Shown here: positions 18,467-27,997 of the stretch, piece after piece
How positions within the stretch are numbered: the first letter of the stretch is position 1
Layout: every line of letters begins with the position of its first letter
Assembly (NCBI GenBank): GCA_903911145.1
Contig: CAIWCD010000007.1
Span: 62,001-126,000, forward strand
Source: an uncultured delta proteobacterium
GTDB lineage: Bacteria; Myxococcota; Myxococcia; Myxococcales; 40CM-4-68-19
Length of the DNA: 64,000 bases
Direction: 5' to 3'
The notes under the pieces: generated by a model
The model's database searches: none
Told to the model about the DNA's origin: nothing
The model's input: the letters and a program-made list of their open reading frames with translations, nothing else
Program-made: the position numbers and the translations under genes

Positions 18467-19060
18467 TTGACCACCCTGCGCTCACTCCCACTGCTCGCCG
18501 CGCTCGCGCTGATGAACGTCGCCTGCATGAGCACGTTCGCGTCGGGACTGCGCTCGCGTCCGCACGACGTCTCCGCGTTCCGCGGCGTGCCCATCGACGT
18601 CGATGCCTCGGAGCTGACGATCCTCGGCGACGGAGAGCGCCCGCCGGTCGTGCAGCCTGATCTGGGCGCGCTTGGAAACGTAGCCGGCGGCACCGGGTTC
18701 ATGGAGGTCGGGCCGACCAGGGAACGCCGCGACACCATCTTCGCGCTCACCAGCCTCTTCGGCGACGCGCAACCTGGCGCGGAGAAGGCCCGCGTGAAGA
18801 TCGCCTACGGCTTTGACAGCTCGGCGCTGACGATGTTCGTTCCGTGCCTCACGCTCCTCGTGATCTTCGACTGTCCGATGCAGAAGTTCGAGGTTGCGAC
18901 CGACCTGACCATCGAGCTGCACGGCAAGCGCTACACCGGGCACGGAACGGCGACGCGCTGGATGACCATGTACAGCGTGGAGGCGTTCGAGCCCGCCAAA
19001 GGAGAAGCACTCGGCGCGGCGCTCGACGATGCGATTCGTCGCGGCGGGGTGACGCCATGA
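18467..19060 (+). CDS. Hypothetical lipoprotein (start uncertain)
   Basis: TTG 18467 after GAGG; LAALALMNVAC lipobox-like; stop overlaps the next ATG (ATGA). Confidence 0.6.
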   Translation: MTTLRSLPLLAALALMNVACMSTFASGLRSRPHDVSAFRGVPIDVDASELTILGDGERPPVVQPDLGALGNVAGGTGFMEVGPTRERRDTIFALTSLFGDAQPGAEKARVKIAYGFDSSALTMFVPCLTLLVIFDCPMQKFEVATDLTIELHGKRYTGHGTATRWMTMYSVEAFEPAKGEALGAALDDAIRRGGVTP

Positions 19061-19752
19061 TGCGCGCGAACGAGGTGGAGCAGCTCACGCAACGGCTTCT
19101 GCTGCTCCTGATCGCAAGCGCGATCGGATGCACGACTCCCGGTACGCACCCGGCGTTCATCGTGCGCGCGCGTCCGACTGAAGCGTTTCCGGTGACGTGG
19201 GATGGACGCACGACCGACGGGCTTGCTGGACAGGTCGCCGGAGGAGTCGTCGGGGTGGCCGGTTCCGGCCTGCCCGGAGACACGGCGCAGAGAGGCATCG
19301 CGGCGGTTCAGGCGACCGCACCGGGCGCGCGATTGAGAATCGCAGCACACCAGCTCGTCGCCGTGCTTGAGCTGCACGACAAGCTCAAGGGCGCCGATGC
19401 GAGCGACGTCGACGCTGCCTACTTCGGCAACCAGGTGCGCGCGAAGATCAAGCTGGCCGCGCCCGATGCGCAGGTGATGACGCGAGAGAACGTACTGGTG
19501 CTGCTGCGCTCGACGGGTCGCGCACTCGCGGACTGCGAGGGGGAGTGCGAGGTCGATACGGGCCGTCGCCTCGGTGCAGATCTCGTCATCAGCGGCGAGC
19601 TGATCCGCGTCGGGAGCAAGCTCAAGCTCGACCTGCGCCTGCACGACACGCACAACGGCCAGCTCCTCGCCGGCGCCACCGCAGAGGGAAAGACGGTCGA
19701 TCAGCTCGACGGGGATCTTCCCCGCGCAGTGAACGCGCTGATCACGAAGTAG
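19057..19752 (+). CDS. Hypothetical lipoprotein with CsgG/TolB-N-like (DUF2380-like) C-terminal domain
   Basis: IASAIGC lipobox; C...C-x-GRRLGADLVISGEL...LDLRLHD pattern. Confidence 0.6.
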   Translation: MMRANEVEQLTQRLLLLLIASAIGCTTPGTHPAFIVRARPTEAFPVTWDGRTTDGLAGQVAGGVVGVAGSGLPGDTAQRGIAAVQATAPGARLRIAAHQLVAVLELHDKLKGADASDVDAAYFGNQVRAKIKLAAPDAQVMTRENVLVLLRSTGRALADCEGECEVDTGRRLGADLVISGELIRVGSKLKLDLRLHDTHNGQLLAGATAEGKTVDQLDGDLPRAVNALITK

Positions 19753-19754
19753 GG

Positions 19755-22700
19755 TCAGAGCGTGTCGATGTTGAAGTAGAGGCCGGCGCGCGGCTCGCCG
19801 AGATCGGGGTCGGGACTCAAGTTGACGCCGATGTCGATCGCGATCCGACCGATCGGCGTGCCCCACCGCACACCCGCGCCCACCGCGTCTCGCAGCACCA
19901 TCAGGCCCGCATCCGACGCGCAGGCAGGCGACGAGCCGCGGAAGAAACAGGTGAGGTCGACCGGCTTCACCCAGAGATTTCCCGCGTCGTAGAAGAGCGC
20001 GACCTCGAGCCCTTGAATGATGGGCACAGGAATGCGCAGCTCCGCGCCCAGCGCGACCGATTCGTCTCCACCTGTCGATGCGGTGCCCGCCTGCAGCGCC
20101 GCCGTCGAGTTGGTGCAGGCGAGCCCGGTGATGATCGCCAGGCATCCCTGCACCTCGGAGCGGAGCTGGTTTCGCACGTCCTGCGGCTGCAGCGCGTCCT
20201 GGTTGAAGCCGCGCAGAGTCGCCGCGCCGCCGAGATAGAAACGGCGATCGCCGGGCACCTGCGAGGCGGGATCGATCAGCAGGATGCGCCCGACCTTCGC
20301 GTGCAGCATCACCGAACTGCGAAACGGCAGCGGCACATATCCGGCGACGAGTCCTTGCAGCTGCAGCAGATTGACGTCGATCGAGCTGGTCGCGAGCGAG
20401 CGCAGATAGTCGGCCGACACCTGCGCGTAGAAACCCGAGCGCGGAATGCCGGGATCGTCGCGCAGATCGAGCGTGAGCGCGGGCCGCAGAGAACCGAAGA
20501 GCATGTTGCCGTTGGGCTGCGTGAAGATGCGCGCATCGGTGCCGGCAAGGATGTCCGCGAGAGACTGCACGCCCTTCGCGAGCTGCTGGAAGCCGACCTC
20601 GTACGTCACGCTCGCGCCAAACGGGCGGGAATGATTGGCCGCCACCGAGACCTGCGCGGAGTATTTGGTCAGGTTGTACGTGTACTGCACCGCGCGCTGG
20701 TGGATGAGATCGAGACTCCCGCGCAGCAGGTCGCCAAACGGCGGAAGGCGCGGCATCGAGAGCCCGAGATCGACAAGCCGCTCGAGCGGATCGTTCGGCA
20801 ACTGGATCGATTGCGTGCAGTACGGCGTGCTGCCAGGCGACACCTGCTGGCCGTCGGGCAGCGTGTTTCCACAGGTCGGCACGAGAAAGCGCCAGTAGGG
20901 AAAATTCGCGCGGCCCAGCGCAGAGAACGTCAGATTGCGCCCGAAGAGATTCGCCTGCGTCCACTGCAACGACGCGCGCGGACCATCAGCCTTCGAGAGG
21001 CCGATGCTCGCCTGCACCTCGCGCCGCGGACGCTCGCGCAAGGTGATGAGCACCGTCTTCTCCGCCTCGGCCTCCTCGGGATTTCGCGGCGTGAGCGACG
21101 CGCTGAAGAAGAGTCCGGTCAGCAGGAGCGCCTGCTGCGCGCGATCGAGCCCGTCTGGAGTCAGCAGGTCACCCGGCTTCATTCCCACGAGCTCGCGCAC
21201 GAGCGACTCCTGCGTGCGCTGCTCGCCCGTCACCTCGACGTAGGCGACGTGCACGAGCGGTCCGGCCTGCACGCGATAGGTCACCTCGACAGTCGACGTC
21301 CCCTTCGCGGCACCATCGGCCGGCTCGTGGAACACCTCCTCGTCCTCGACCTTGCAGTAGAAGTGGCCGCGTCTGGTGAAGAGCTGCGTGAGCGCGGCGC
21401 GCCCTTCTTCGGCGCTCAGGTAGCTGAATGGCTGCCCGATGCGCAGAGAGAGCGCGGCGTCTGCCTCGGCAATCGGAACGTCGTCGCTGCCGCCCTGGAT
21501 CTTCAGCAGCGAAACCATCGTTCGCAGACCCGCGTTGATCGGGATCACCACCCGCACGTGCCGCAGCGGCGAGGCTGCGTGCTTCGGAGCACTCCCCGAA
21601 AGCGGAGCGCCATCGAGCGGCTCGAGCTTCTCCTCGTCGACGCGCGCCGAGAGATAGCCCATGCTCTTGTAGAGGTCGGCGATCTGCCCGCGCACGCGCG
21701 AGTAGAGGACCGGATCGTAGAGCGTGTCGGCGTCGAGCTCGAGCCGCGCCGGCCCTGCCGGGATGCGCCCCATCAGGCCGCCCCTGGCCAGCTTGTTCAT
21801 GTCCGCGCCAGACGCCGGGTCGCTCGAGCGAGGAGGCAGCCAGGTCATCGCATCGTTGAGCTCGAGGAGAACTCGATCGCGCAGCGAATCTTCCGTGAGC
21901 GCCTCGACGCCGGTGAAGTCGATCTTCTCGACGCGCACGCGCGGGCCTTCATCGAGCGCAAACGCGATCGAGACGGAGCCGTCCTGCGCGCGCTGCTCCC
22001 GCCAATTGCTCTTCACGAAGAAGAAGCCGTTCTGCACATAGAAGGTTCGCAGCCTTCCAGCGAGCTCCGAGGCCGCCTGCGCGTCGAGCGGTTCATCGCT
22101 GGAGAGCTCGAGCTTGCCGAGCAGAAGATCCGTCGGGAACGACTGGTTGCCGCGAACGCGAAAGTGCACCAGAGGTCCACTCTCCAGCGGGATGGTTACG
22201 CGCGCGAGGCCGCGCCCCTGGGCGTCGCCCGCGTTTTCGATCCTCGGCTCACCCACGCGCGCGCGCAGATATCCGGCGCTGCGAACGCGGGCACGAACGT
22301 TGCGCAGACCTTCTTCGAGCTCGGAGAGATTGAGCACATCCCCGTGCGAGAGCTGCAGCGCCGCCACGAGCTGATCATGTTCGAGGCCGAGCTTTCCGGC
22401 GAAGGTGATGCTTGCGATCCGCGTCGCGTCTCCCTCCACGATGCGCAGCGCGAGCTGCACGCCGCTCGCTGTCTCGTTGGGCTCGGGCGTGATGGCGACG
22501 TCGCGATATCCGATTCGGAAGTAGGCGCTGCGGATCGCTTCGATGACGCGCGGAATCGCCTCGGGCTGGTACTCCGCGTTCACCGCCAGATTCGCCGTCT
22601 GCACCAGGATCGTCTCGGGCAACGCGGCGTGGCCGGGGAAGGAAACCTGGACGAGCTTGAGGACCGGCTGAAGCACGAACACCACGCGCACAGCGCTCGC

Positions 22701-23042
22701 CCAACCAGCCGGGAGCTGCGCTGCAGAGACCTCTTCGGCCCACGCCGAGACCCGCGAGAAGCGTCCGCTCCCGTGCAGCGCGCGCACGGTATCGCGCACG
22801 TCGCGCAGGTCGAGCGGCGCGCCCTTGTCGACTGCGATGTACGCAGTGAGTTCCTTCAACTGCGTCTGCGGCGCGCCCTCGAAGCGAACCTCGAGCACAC
22901 GCGGCGAGACCAGCATCACTTGCGGCACGGGCCCGGTCGGCGCGCGCGGCTCGTCGTCATCGGTGCCGACCGAGGCCTGCGTGGCGAACGAGATCGCGAG
23001 CAGAGCCGCACAGAGCGCGGGCGCCAGCGCGCGTCGGCTCAC
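19755..23042 (-). CDS. Omp85 (BamA/TamA family) outer-membrane protein with multiple POTRA domains
   Basis: POTRA repeats, NLFGR, FYLGG...LRGF, C-terminal GAGVRWGTPIGRIAIDIG...YFNI; coupled to tamB. Confidence 0.9.
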   Translation of the reverse strand: MSRRALAPALCAALLAISFATQASVGTDDDEPRAPTGPVPQVMLVSPRVLEVRFEGAPQTQLKELTAYIAVDKGAPLDLRDVRDTVRALHGSGRFSRVSAWAEEVSAAQLPAGWASAVRVVFVLQPVLKLVQVSFPGHAALPETILVQTANLAVNAEYQPEAIPRVIEAIRSAYFRIGYRDVAITPEPNETASGVQLALRIVEGDATRIASITFAGKLGLEHDQLVAALQLSHGDVLNLSELEEGLRNVRARVRSAGYLRARVGEPRIENAGDAQGRGLARVTIPLESGPLVHFRVRGNQSFPTDLLLGKLELSSDEPLDAQAASELAGRLRTFYVQNGFFFVKSNWREQRAQDGSVSIAFALDEGPRVRVEKIDFTGVEALTEDSLRDRVLLELNDAMTWLPPRSSDPASGADMNKLARGGLMGRIPAGPARLELDADTLYDPVLYSRVRGQIADLYKSMGYLSARVDEEKLEPLDGAPLSGSAPKHAASPLRHVRVVIPINAGLRTMVSLLKIQGGSDDVPIAEADAALSLRIGQPFSYLSAEEGRAALTQLFTRRGHFYCKVEDEEVFHEPADGAAKGTSTVEVTYRVQAGPLVHVAYVEVTGEQRTQESLVRELVGMKPGDLLTPDGLDRAQQALLLTGLFFSASLTPRNPEEAEAEKTVLITLRERPRREVQASIGLSKADGPRASLQWTQANLFGRNLTFSALGRANFPYWRFLVPTCGNTLPDGQQVSPGSTPYCTQSIQLPNDPLERLVDLGLSMPRLPPFGDLLRGSLDLIHQRAVQYTYNLTKYSAQVSVAANHSRPFGASVTYEVGFQQLAKGVQSLADILAGTDARIFTQPNGNMLFGSLRPALTLDLRDDPGIPRSGFYAQVSADYLRSLATSSIDVNLLQLQGLVAGYVPLPFRSSVMLHAKVGRILLIDPASQVPGDRRFYLGGAATLRGFNQDALQPQDVRNQLRSEVQGCLAIITGLACTNSTAALQAGTASTGGDESVALGAELRIPVPIIQGLEVALFYDAGNLWVKPVDLTCFFRGSSPACASDAGLMVLRDAVGAGVRWGTPIGRIAIDIGVNLSPDPDLGEPRAGLYFNIDTL

Positions 23043-26000
23043 TCGCCCTCCCAGCGCATCTTGAGATCGAGACCGAAGTCGGTGCCGACATACTCGTGCT
23101 CGTTGTCGAGCTGGGCCTGCAGTGAGATGGCATCGGAGAATCGCCAGCCGAGCTGCACGCGGGCTCGCCGCGAGGTGAGCCCTTCCATCACGCGCAGGTC
23201 GAGCTGGTCGCTGACCAGGTGCGCGCTGAAGCGGGCCATCGCCTCGAGGCGCGCGCCGCCACCGCTGGTGACGTTCGAGTAGTCTGTGACGAAATCGATG
23301 TTCGGATCGCGCAGCACCGGATTTTTCGGAATCAGGCGGCGCACCTCCTGCGAGAAGCCGGTCAGCTTGTTCACCGCTTCGATGCCGAGCGCGAGGCCGC
23401 TGTCGGCACCCGAGAGGTTCACCTGGTTCTGCGAAACGAAACCGAAGGTGAGCAGCGAGCCGATGTCCGCGTCGGAGAGCACCGGATCGCTCGAGAGCTT
23501 GAGCTTCGGATCTGCCGGCGTTCCGAATGCGTGCAGCCGCACCTTGTAATCTTTCACCTGCGCCGAGGCGAGGAAGTCGAACGCGGGCCGGATGCGCTGC
23601 CGATCGGTGAAGCTGAGCACGCCCTGCTCGATGACAAACTCGTTGCCGCGAAACTGCGCCGTCCCGTGCACCGTGTTGATCGAACCGAGCAGGCCGAAGC
23701 TGCGGCTGGTGCCGGTCAGCGTGAGCTTCCCGCCGAGGTCCGCACGCGCGAGATTGTTCTCGATGCGCACGCCGCGCTCGAGCTGGATATCAACGTCGAA
23801 GTGCACGAGCAGATCGCTGCGTTCGAGCACGCGCGGCTGCGGCGGCCTCCGGCTGAAATCGAGCATGCTGCGCTCGATGTCGATGTCCTCCGCGTAGACC
23901 ATCCGGCTCAAGTGCAGCGCGCCCGCGAGCGTCGAATCTTGAGGCGGGCCGCTGAGCGTAAGATCGCCGTCGACGGTGGCGGCCATCCCTTCTCGCAGCG
24001 TGGCGCTGACGTCGCTCATGTGCAGCGCGATGTCGAGCCGCTCGGGCTTGAGCTCCGTCATCTCGACGCGCCCGCTGAGCTTGGCCTGCCCGTTGTTGAT
24101 CTTCCCCTCGAGCTCGTCGATCGCGATTGCGTCCTGGCTGAACGAGATGCTCCCGTTGAGTTCGCGCAGCGCGAAGGGGATGCCGCGCAGTCGCAACTCG
24201 CCCTGCTCGACCCGGAGATTGCCAAGCACCGTCGGCGACTTCTCCGGACCGTTCACGACCGCCTGCGCGGAGAATCGGCCAGCCGCGTGTTCGAGATCGG
24301 GAACCATCGTCGGCAGCATGCGTGCGTCGATCGATGCGCTCGTGTGCAGGTCGAGGCGACCATCGCGCGAGCGCGTCCCCTGCAGGAAGAAGGTCAGGTC
24401 GTCGCCGCGCATCGCCAGTCTCTTCACGTCGAGACCGCTCGGCCCGTAATCGATGTGGCCGCGTCCATCGTTCTCGAACTCGAGGCCCGCGCGGCGCAGC
24501 AAGAGCCGCGACAGATCGATCGACGCGCGGCTGTCGCGCCAGTGCAGCAGCGAGCCGGTCAGCGAAACATCCGCCGACGCCTCGCCGCCCTCGAAGCTCG
24601 CTTGCGGCACGAAGCTCTGGAAGTAGCCGCTCAAGTCCGGAAAGCGCAGCTGCACAACGCTTGAGTAGGCGAACTCGCCGACCAGCCGCGAGGCCCCCGT
24701 GAGCGAGTGCGTGCCGACGTTTCCCTTCCAGCTCATCTCTTTTCCATCGACGAGCAGCGAGATGGCGCCGTCACCGAGTGCGGCTTTTCCCGCGAAGCCA
24801 TCAGTGAACGTCGTCTCGATGTCGATGAGCGGATGAGACGCGACCCCGCGCACGGTCATCGTCGCGGCGAGCGGCCCGGTGAGCGAGGCGGCCTTCATCG
24901 AGTCGAGGTCCGAGAGAGTGAACTTCTCGGTGGCTCCGTCGATCGCCAGTTTCCACTCGGGCCCGAACGTTCCCGCGATCTTCAGCTGCGCGTCGCCATG
25001 GCGCAGATTGATTCCGTCGATCAGCAGCCTCGGAATCTTCCCGTGCAGCGTGAAGTGCGCGTCGCCGTCAGCGAAGGTCTGATCGAACATCGTCACGTTC
25101 GCAAACGTGAGCGACGCGCTCCCCTCTGGCGATGCGACCGGTCCCTGCACGTCGATGCTTCCAGTCACCTGCCCCTCGACGTCTTTTCCGTCGGTGAGCG
25201 ACGAGATCGACGGCACCAGTCCCACCGCGAGATCGATGAGATCGTGCAGATAGGCGTCGGGCAGCTCGACGTGCGCGACGGCAGGGATCGCATCGTCGTT
25301 GAAGTCGAGCGCGACATCCGCCTCGTAGCGCGAGCGCCCCTTCTGCGCCTCGATGTCCGAGAGGTGCAGTTTCATGTTCTGGAACGCGACCGTCGACGCG
25401 ACATCGCCGAGCGAGAGATCGAAGAAGTGCAGTCCGTGCACCTCCGCGTCGGCGTTGATCGTCTGATCGCCATACGGCCCGAGGACCGTTCCATCGACCG
25501 TCGCCTTGCCCTTCCAGGGAATGCTCGCGAGGTGTCCGCGGAAATCCTCGAGCGCGAAATCCTCGCCCTGCACGTGCAGATTCAGTCCGACCTTCACGTC
25601 GGTCGAGAGCGTTCCATCGACGGTGAGCTGCGAGTTCTGGACGTTGAGCTTCGCGCCGGCGAGCGTGACTTCCTTCGCGTCGATCTTCACGGGCGCGACC
25701 AGCTTGCCGCGTGCGAACTCGAGGATCTTCTCGGCCTGCGCGCGCTCTTCGAATCGGCGATCGAGAATGGCGAAGTCGGACAGCTCGAGCGCTGCGTCAC
25801 CGCCGAGCTGCAGCGGAGAGAGCGTCCCCTTCACGCCCGCGCGGCCGCCGACCTTCAAGACGACGTGGCTGCGCACAAGACCCAGACGATCGAGCAGCTC
25901 CGCGAGCTCCATGTCGTGCAGCGTCGCCTCGGCGGTGACCGGCATCGCCCCCGCGAACGCGAGCTGCGCGCGCACATTTGCGACCCCCTTGTTCGAGAAG

Positions 26001-26959
26001 GGGATCATCAGCGGATCGACCTTCACTCCCGCGGGCGTGAGATCGAACTTCGCGTTCAGCTCGCCCGGCGCGAACCCCTCGAGAGCCAGCGCCTTGGTGC
26101 GCAGATCTCCGCGCACGTGCGGCTTGCCATGCACGACGTCAACCGAGGCGTCGACCGCGATGCTGCCTTTCACGTCGGCGAGCGTGTTGGGGATGAAGCG
26201 ATCGGTCGCCACGCGCAGATCGTCGACGCGCACGTTGGCCGCGGCCTCGATGCGTGGATCGCAAAGGTCCTCCATCTTGCCGGTGACGAACGCCGACAGC
26301 TCGGTGCCGATCAGATCGGCCTTGTCGACCGTGAGCGTTCCCGTACCGCGCAGATCGAGATGGGCCGCGATGCGCGCGGAGATCAGGCCCGCGCCATGCC
26401 CCGGCATCTCGAGCGAGCCGCCGCGCGCCGACGCATTGACCGCCAGCACCTGGCCTTTGCCATCAAGCGCCGCCTGCAGCCGCGGCACGACCACGCGCAT
26501 GCCATCGCTGTTGCGCATTTCGAGCGATGCTTTGCGCACCGTCACGCGCCCGAGTTCGAACGCATCAACCACTGGAGGGATGCACTCGCCAGTGCTTTTC
26601 TTCGCTTCCGTTGCCGGCGGCAACTGCAGCACCAGATTCGGATGATCGACCTCGAGCCGCTCGAGCCGCAACCGCTGCACGAGCGGTCGCACCACGACGT
26701 GGATGAAGACGCGCGAGACAGTGAGGTGCAGCGCGCCAGCTTCATCGCCAACCTCGAGGCCATCGATGGTCAGCTGGCCCGCAAGCGGATCGACCGTGCA
26801 GCGCGCAACCTTCACATGCGCGGCCGAGGCCTCCTCGATGGTGGCGACCGCATACGCGCAGATGTTGTTCGAGACAAAATCGGTCCGGGCCACCACCAAA
26901 GCGAAGGCGGCTACGAAGAGCGCTGTGAGCGCCAGTGCCACCAGGATGCGAGGGAGCAT
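23039..26959 (-). CDS. tamB: TamB/AsmA-like translocation and assembly module protein
   Basis: N-terminal TM anchor, beta-taco repeats, C-terminal DUF490-like LSSDP.LSDADI.SLLTFG. Confidence 0.85.
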   Translation of the reverse strand: MLPRILVALALTALFVAAFALVVARTDFVSNNICAYAVATIEEASAAHVKVARCTVDPLAGQLTIDGLEVGDEAGALHLTVSRVFIHVVVRPLVQRLRLERLEVDHPNLVLQLPPATEAKKSTGECIPPVVDAFELGRVTVRKASLEMRNSDGMRVVVPRLQAALDGKGQVLAVNASARGGSLEMPGHGAGLISARIAAHLDLRGTGTLTVDKADLIGTELSAFVTGKMEDLCDPRIEAAANVRVDDLRVATDRFIPNTLADVKGSIAVDASVDVVHGKPHVRGDLRTKALALEGFAPGELNAKFDLTPAGVKVDPLMIPFSNKGVANVRAQLAFAGAMPVTAEATLHDMELAELLDRLGLVRSHVVLKVGGRAGVKGTLSPLQLGGDAALELSDFAILDRRFEERAQAEKILEFARGKLVAPVKIDAKEVTLAGAKLNVQNSQLTVDGTLSTDVKVGLNLHVQGEDFALEDFRGHLASIPWKGKATVDGTVLGPYGDQTINADAEVHGLHFFDLSLGDVASTVAFQNMKLHLSDIEAQKGRSRYEADVALDFNDDAIPAVAHVELPDAYLHDLIDLAVGLVPSISSLTDGKDVEGQVTGSIDVQGPVASPEGSASLTFANVTMFDQTFADGDAHFTLHGKIPRLLIDGINLRHGDAQLKIAGTFGPEWKLAIDGATEKFTLSDLDSMKAASLTGPLAATMTVRGVASHPLIDIETTFTDGFAGKAALGDGAISLLVDGKEMSWKGNVGTHSLTGASRLVGEFAYSSVVQLRFPDLSGYFQSFVPQASFEGGEASADVSLTGSLLHWRDSRASIDLSRLLLRRAGLEFENDGRGHIDYGPSGLDVKRLAMRGDDLTFFLQGTRSRDGRLDLHTSASIDARMLPTMVPDLEHAAGRFSAQAVVNGPEKSPTVLGNLRVEQGELRLRGIPFALRELNGSISFSQDAIAIDELEGKINNGQAKLSGRVEMTELKPERLDIALHMSDVSATLREGMAATVDGDLTLSGPPQDSTLAGALHLSRMVYAEDIDIERSMLDFSRRPPQPRVLERSDLLVHFDVDIQLERGVRIENNLARADLGGKLTLTGTSRSFGLLGSINTVHGTAQFRGNEFVIEQGVLSFTDRQRIRPAFDFLASAQVKDYKVRLHAFGTPADPKLKLSSDPVLSDADIGSLLTFGFVSQNQVNLSGADSGLALGIEAVNKLTGFSQEVRRLIPKNPVLRDPNIDFVTDYSNVTSGGGARLEAMARFSAHLVSDQLDLRVMEGLTSRRARVQLGWRFSDAISLQAQLDNEHEYVGTDFGLDLKMRWEGE

Positions 26960-26973
26960 GGACGAGGGCGATG

Positions 26974-27957
26974 CTAACTCGGCTTGGCCAGGCCCGCGAG
27001 ATAGCGATCGATCTCACTGAGGTCGAGCGGCCGCTTCACCTCGGCCGGAGGGCTCGAGATCGCGGCAGGTGGCGAGGAGATCGCAGCCGGCAAGGCCGCA
27101 CTGGGCGCGGTCGGGAGAGCTTCCGGTGATGCAAGCGTGTCCTGCCCATCGAGGCCAATTTCGAGCGCGATGCGCGTGATCATCGCCTCGTCGATCACCG
27201 GCACGCGCGCGACGCATCCCTCAAAGAGCGCGTTGTCGCAGAGCGTGTTGATCACGCGCGGCGTGCCGCCCGAGAAGCGATGGACCGCCTGCACGGCGCC
27301 CGCAGTGAAGGGCATGCGCGACGCGCCGGCGAGACGCAGCCGGTGCTTGATATAGGCCTCGGTGCTCTCGGCGTTGAGATGGCTGAGCCGATACTTCACG
27401 GCGACGCGCTGGGCGAGCGGCGGATCGAGCTTCAGATTCTGCTCGATCTCCGGCAGGCCGAAGAAGATCAGCGAGAGCAGCTTGCGCTCGGGAACCTCGA
27501 GATTGAGCAGCCCGCGAAACTCCTCCATCAGCTCACGCGAAGCGAGCATCTGCGCCTCATCGATGAGCACCACGGCCTTCTTGCCCTGCTCGTAGATCTC
27601 GACGAGCCGCTGGTAGAGCTGGCCGAGCAGCGCGAGCCGATCTTCGCTGGGAGCCTCGACGCCGAGCTGGAGCGCGATCCGCTTGAGCAGCCAGTTCGCC
27701 GTCACGCCGCTGTGGATGATCACCAGCAGTGCCGCTTCGTATTCACTCTCGGGCAGGGAATCGAGCAGCCGGCGCGCGAGCGTCGTCTTGCCTGCGCCGA
27801 TATCGCCAACGAGAATTCCCAGGCCCTTCATCTGCGAGCAGACGTGGGTCAAGCGCACCAGCGCCTGCGCGTGCTGCGGCGAATTGAAATAGAAGCGCGA
27901 GACGGGCGCGTTGGAAAACGGCTCCTGCGCGAGCTGATAGTAGTCCAGATAGTTCAT
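26974..27957 (-). CDS. ExeA/GspA-family AAA ATPase
   Basis: YYQLAQEPFS, GDIGAGKT Walker A, LIDEAQ Walker B, GTPRVINTLCDNAL. Confidence 0.9.
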   Translation of the reverse strand: MNYLDYYQLAQEPFSNAPVSRFYFNSPQHAQALVRLTHVCSQMKGLGILVGDIGAGKTTLARRLLDSLPESEYEAALLVIIHSGVTANWLLKRIALQLGVEAPSEDRLALLGQLYQRLVEIYEQGKKAVVLIDEAQMLASRELMEEFRGLLNLEVPERKLLSLIFFGLPEIEQNLKLDPPLAQRVAVKYRLSHLNAESTEAYIKHRLRLAGASRMPFTAGAVQAVHRFSGGTPRVINTLCDNALFEGCVARVPVIDEAMITRIALEIGLDGQDTLASPEALPTAPSAALPAAISSPPAAISSPPAEVKRPLDLSEIDRYLAGLAKPS

Positions 27958-27983
27958 ATCAAGCTCATATCGAGTTCATATCA
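27951..27983 (-). repeat. Three 11-bp tandem repeats that encode coupled micro-ORFs
   Basis: Plus strand AGTTCATATCA/AGCTCATATCG/AGTTCATATCA; minus strand reads MNSI*, MSLI*, then the ATPase ATG. Confidence 0.8.
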
Positions 27984-27997
27984 CGCGGCTATCGACG

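Noticed and set aside
19545..26977. Very long + strand ORFs (1245, 481, 756 aa) opposite omp85/tamB, and similar shadow ORFs across the window
   Set aside because: Antisense shadows of high-GC genes; Arg/Ala-rich with no recognisable motifs.
27046..27092. PAAISSP duplication in the ExeA-type ATPase tail
   Set aside because: Ordinary short low-complexity linker duplication.
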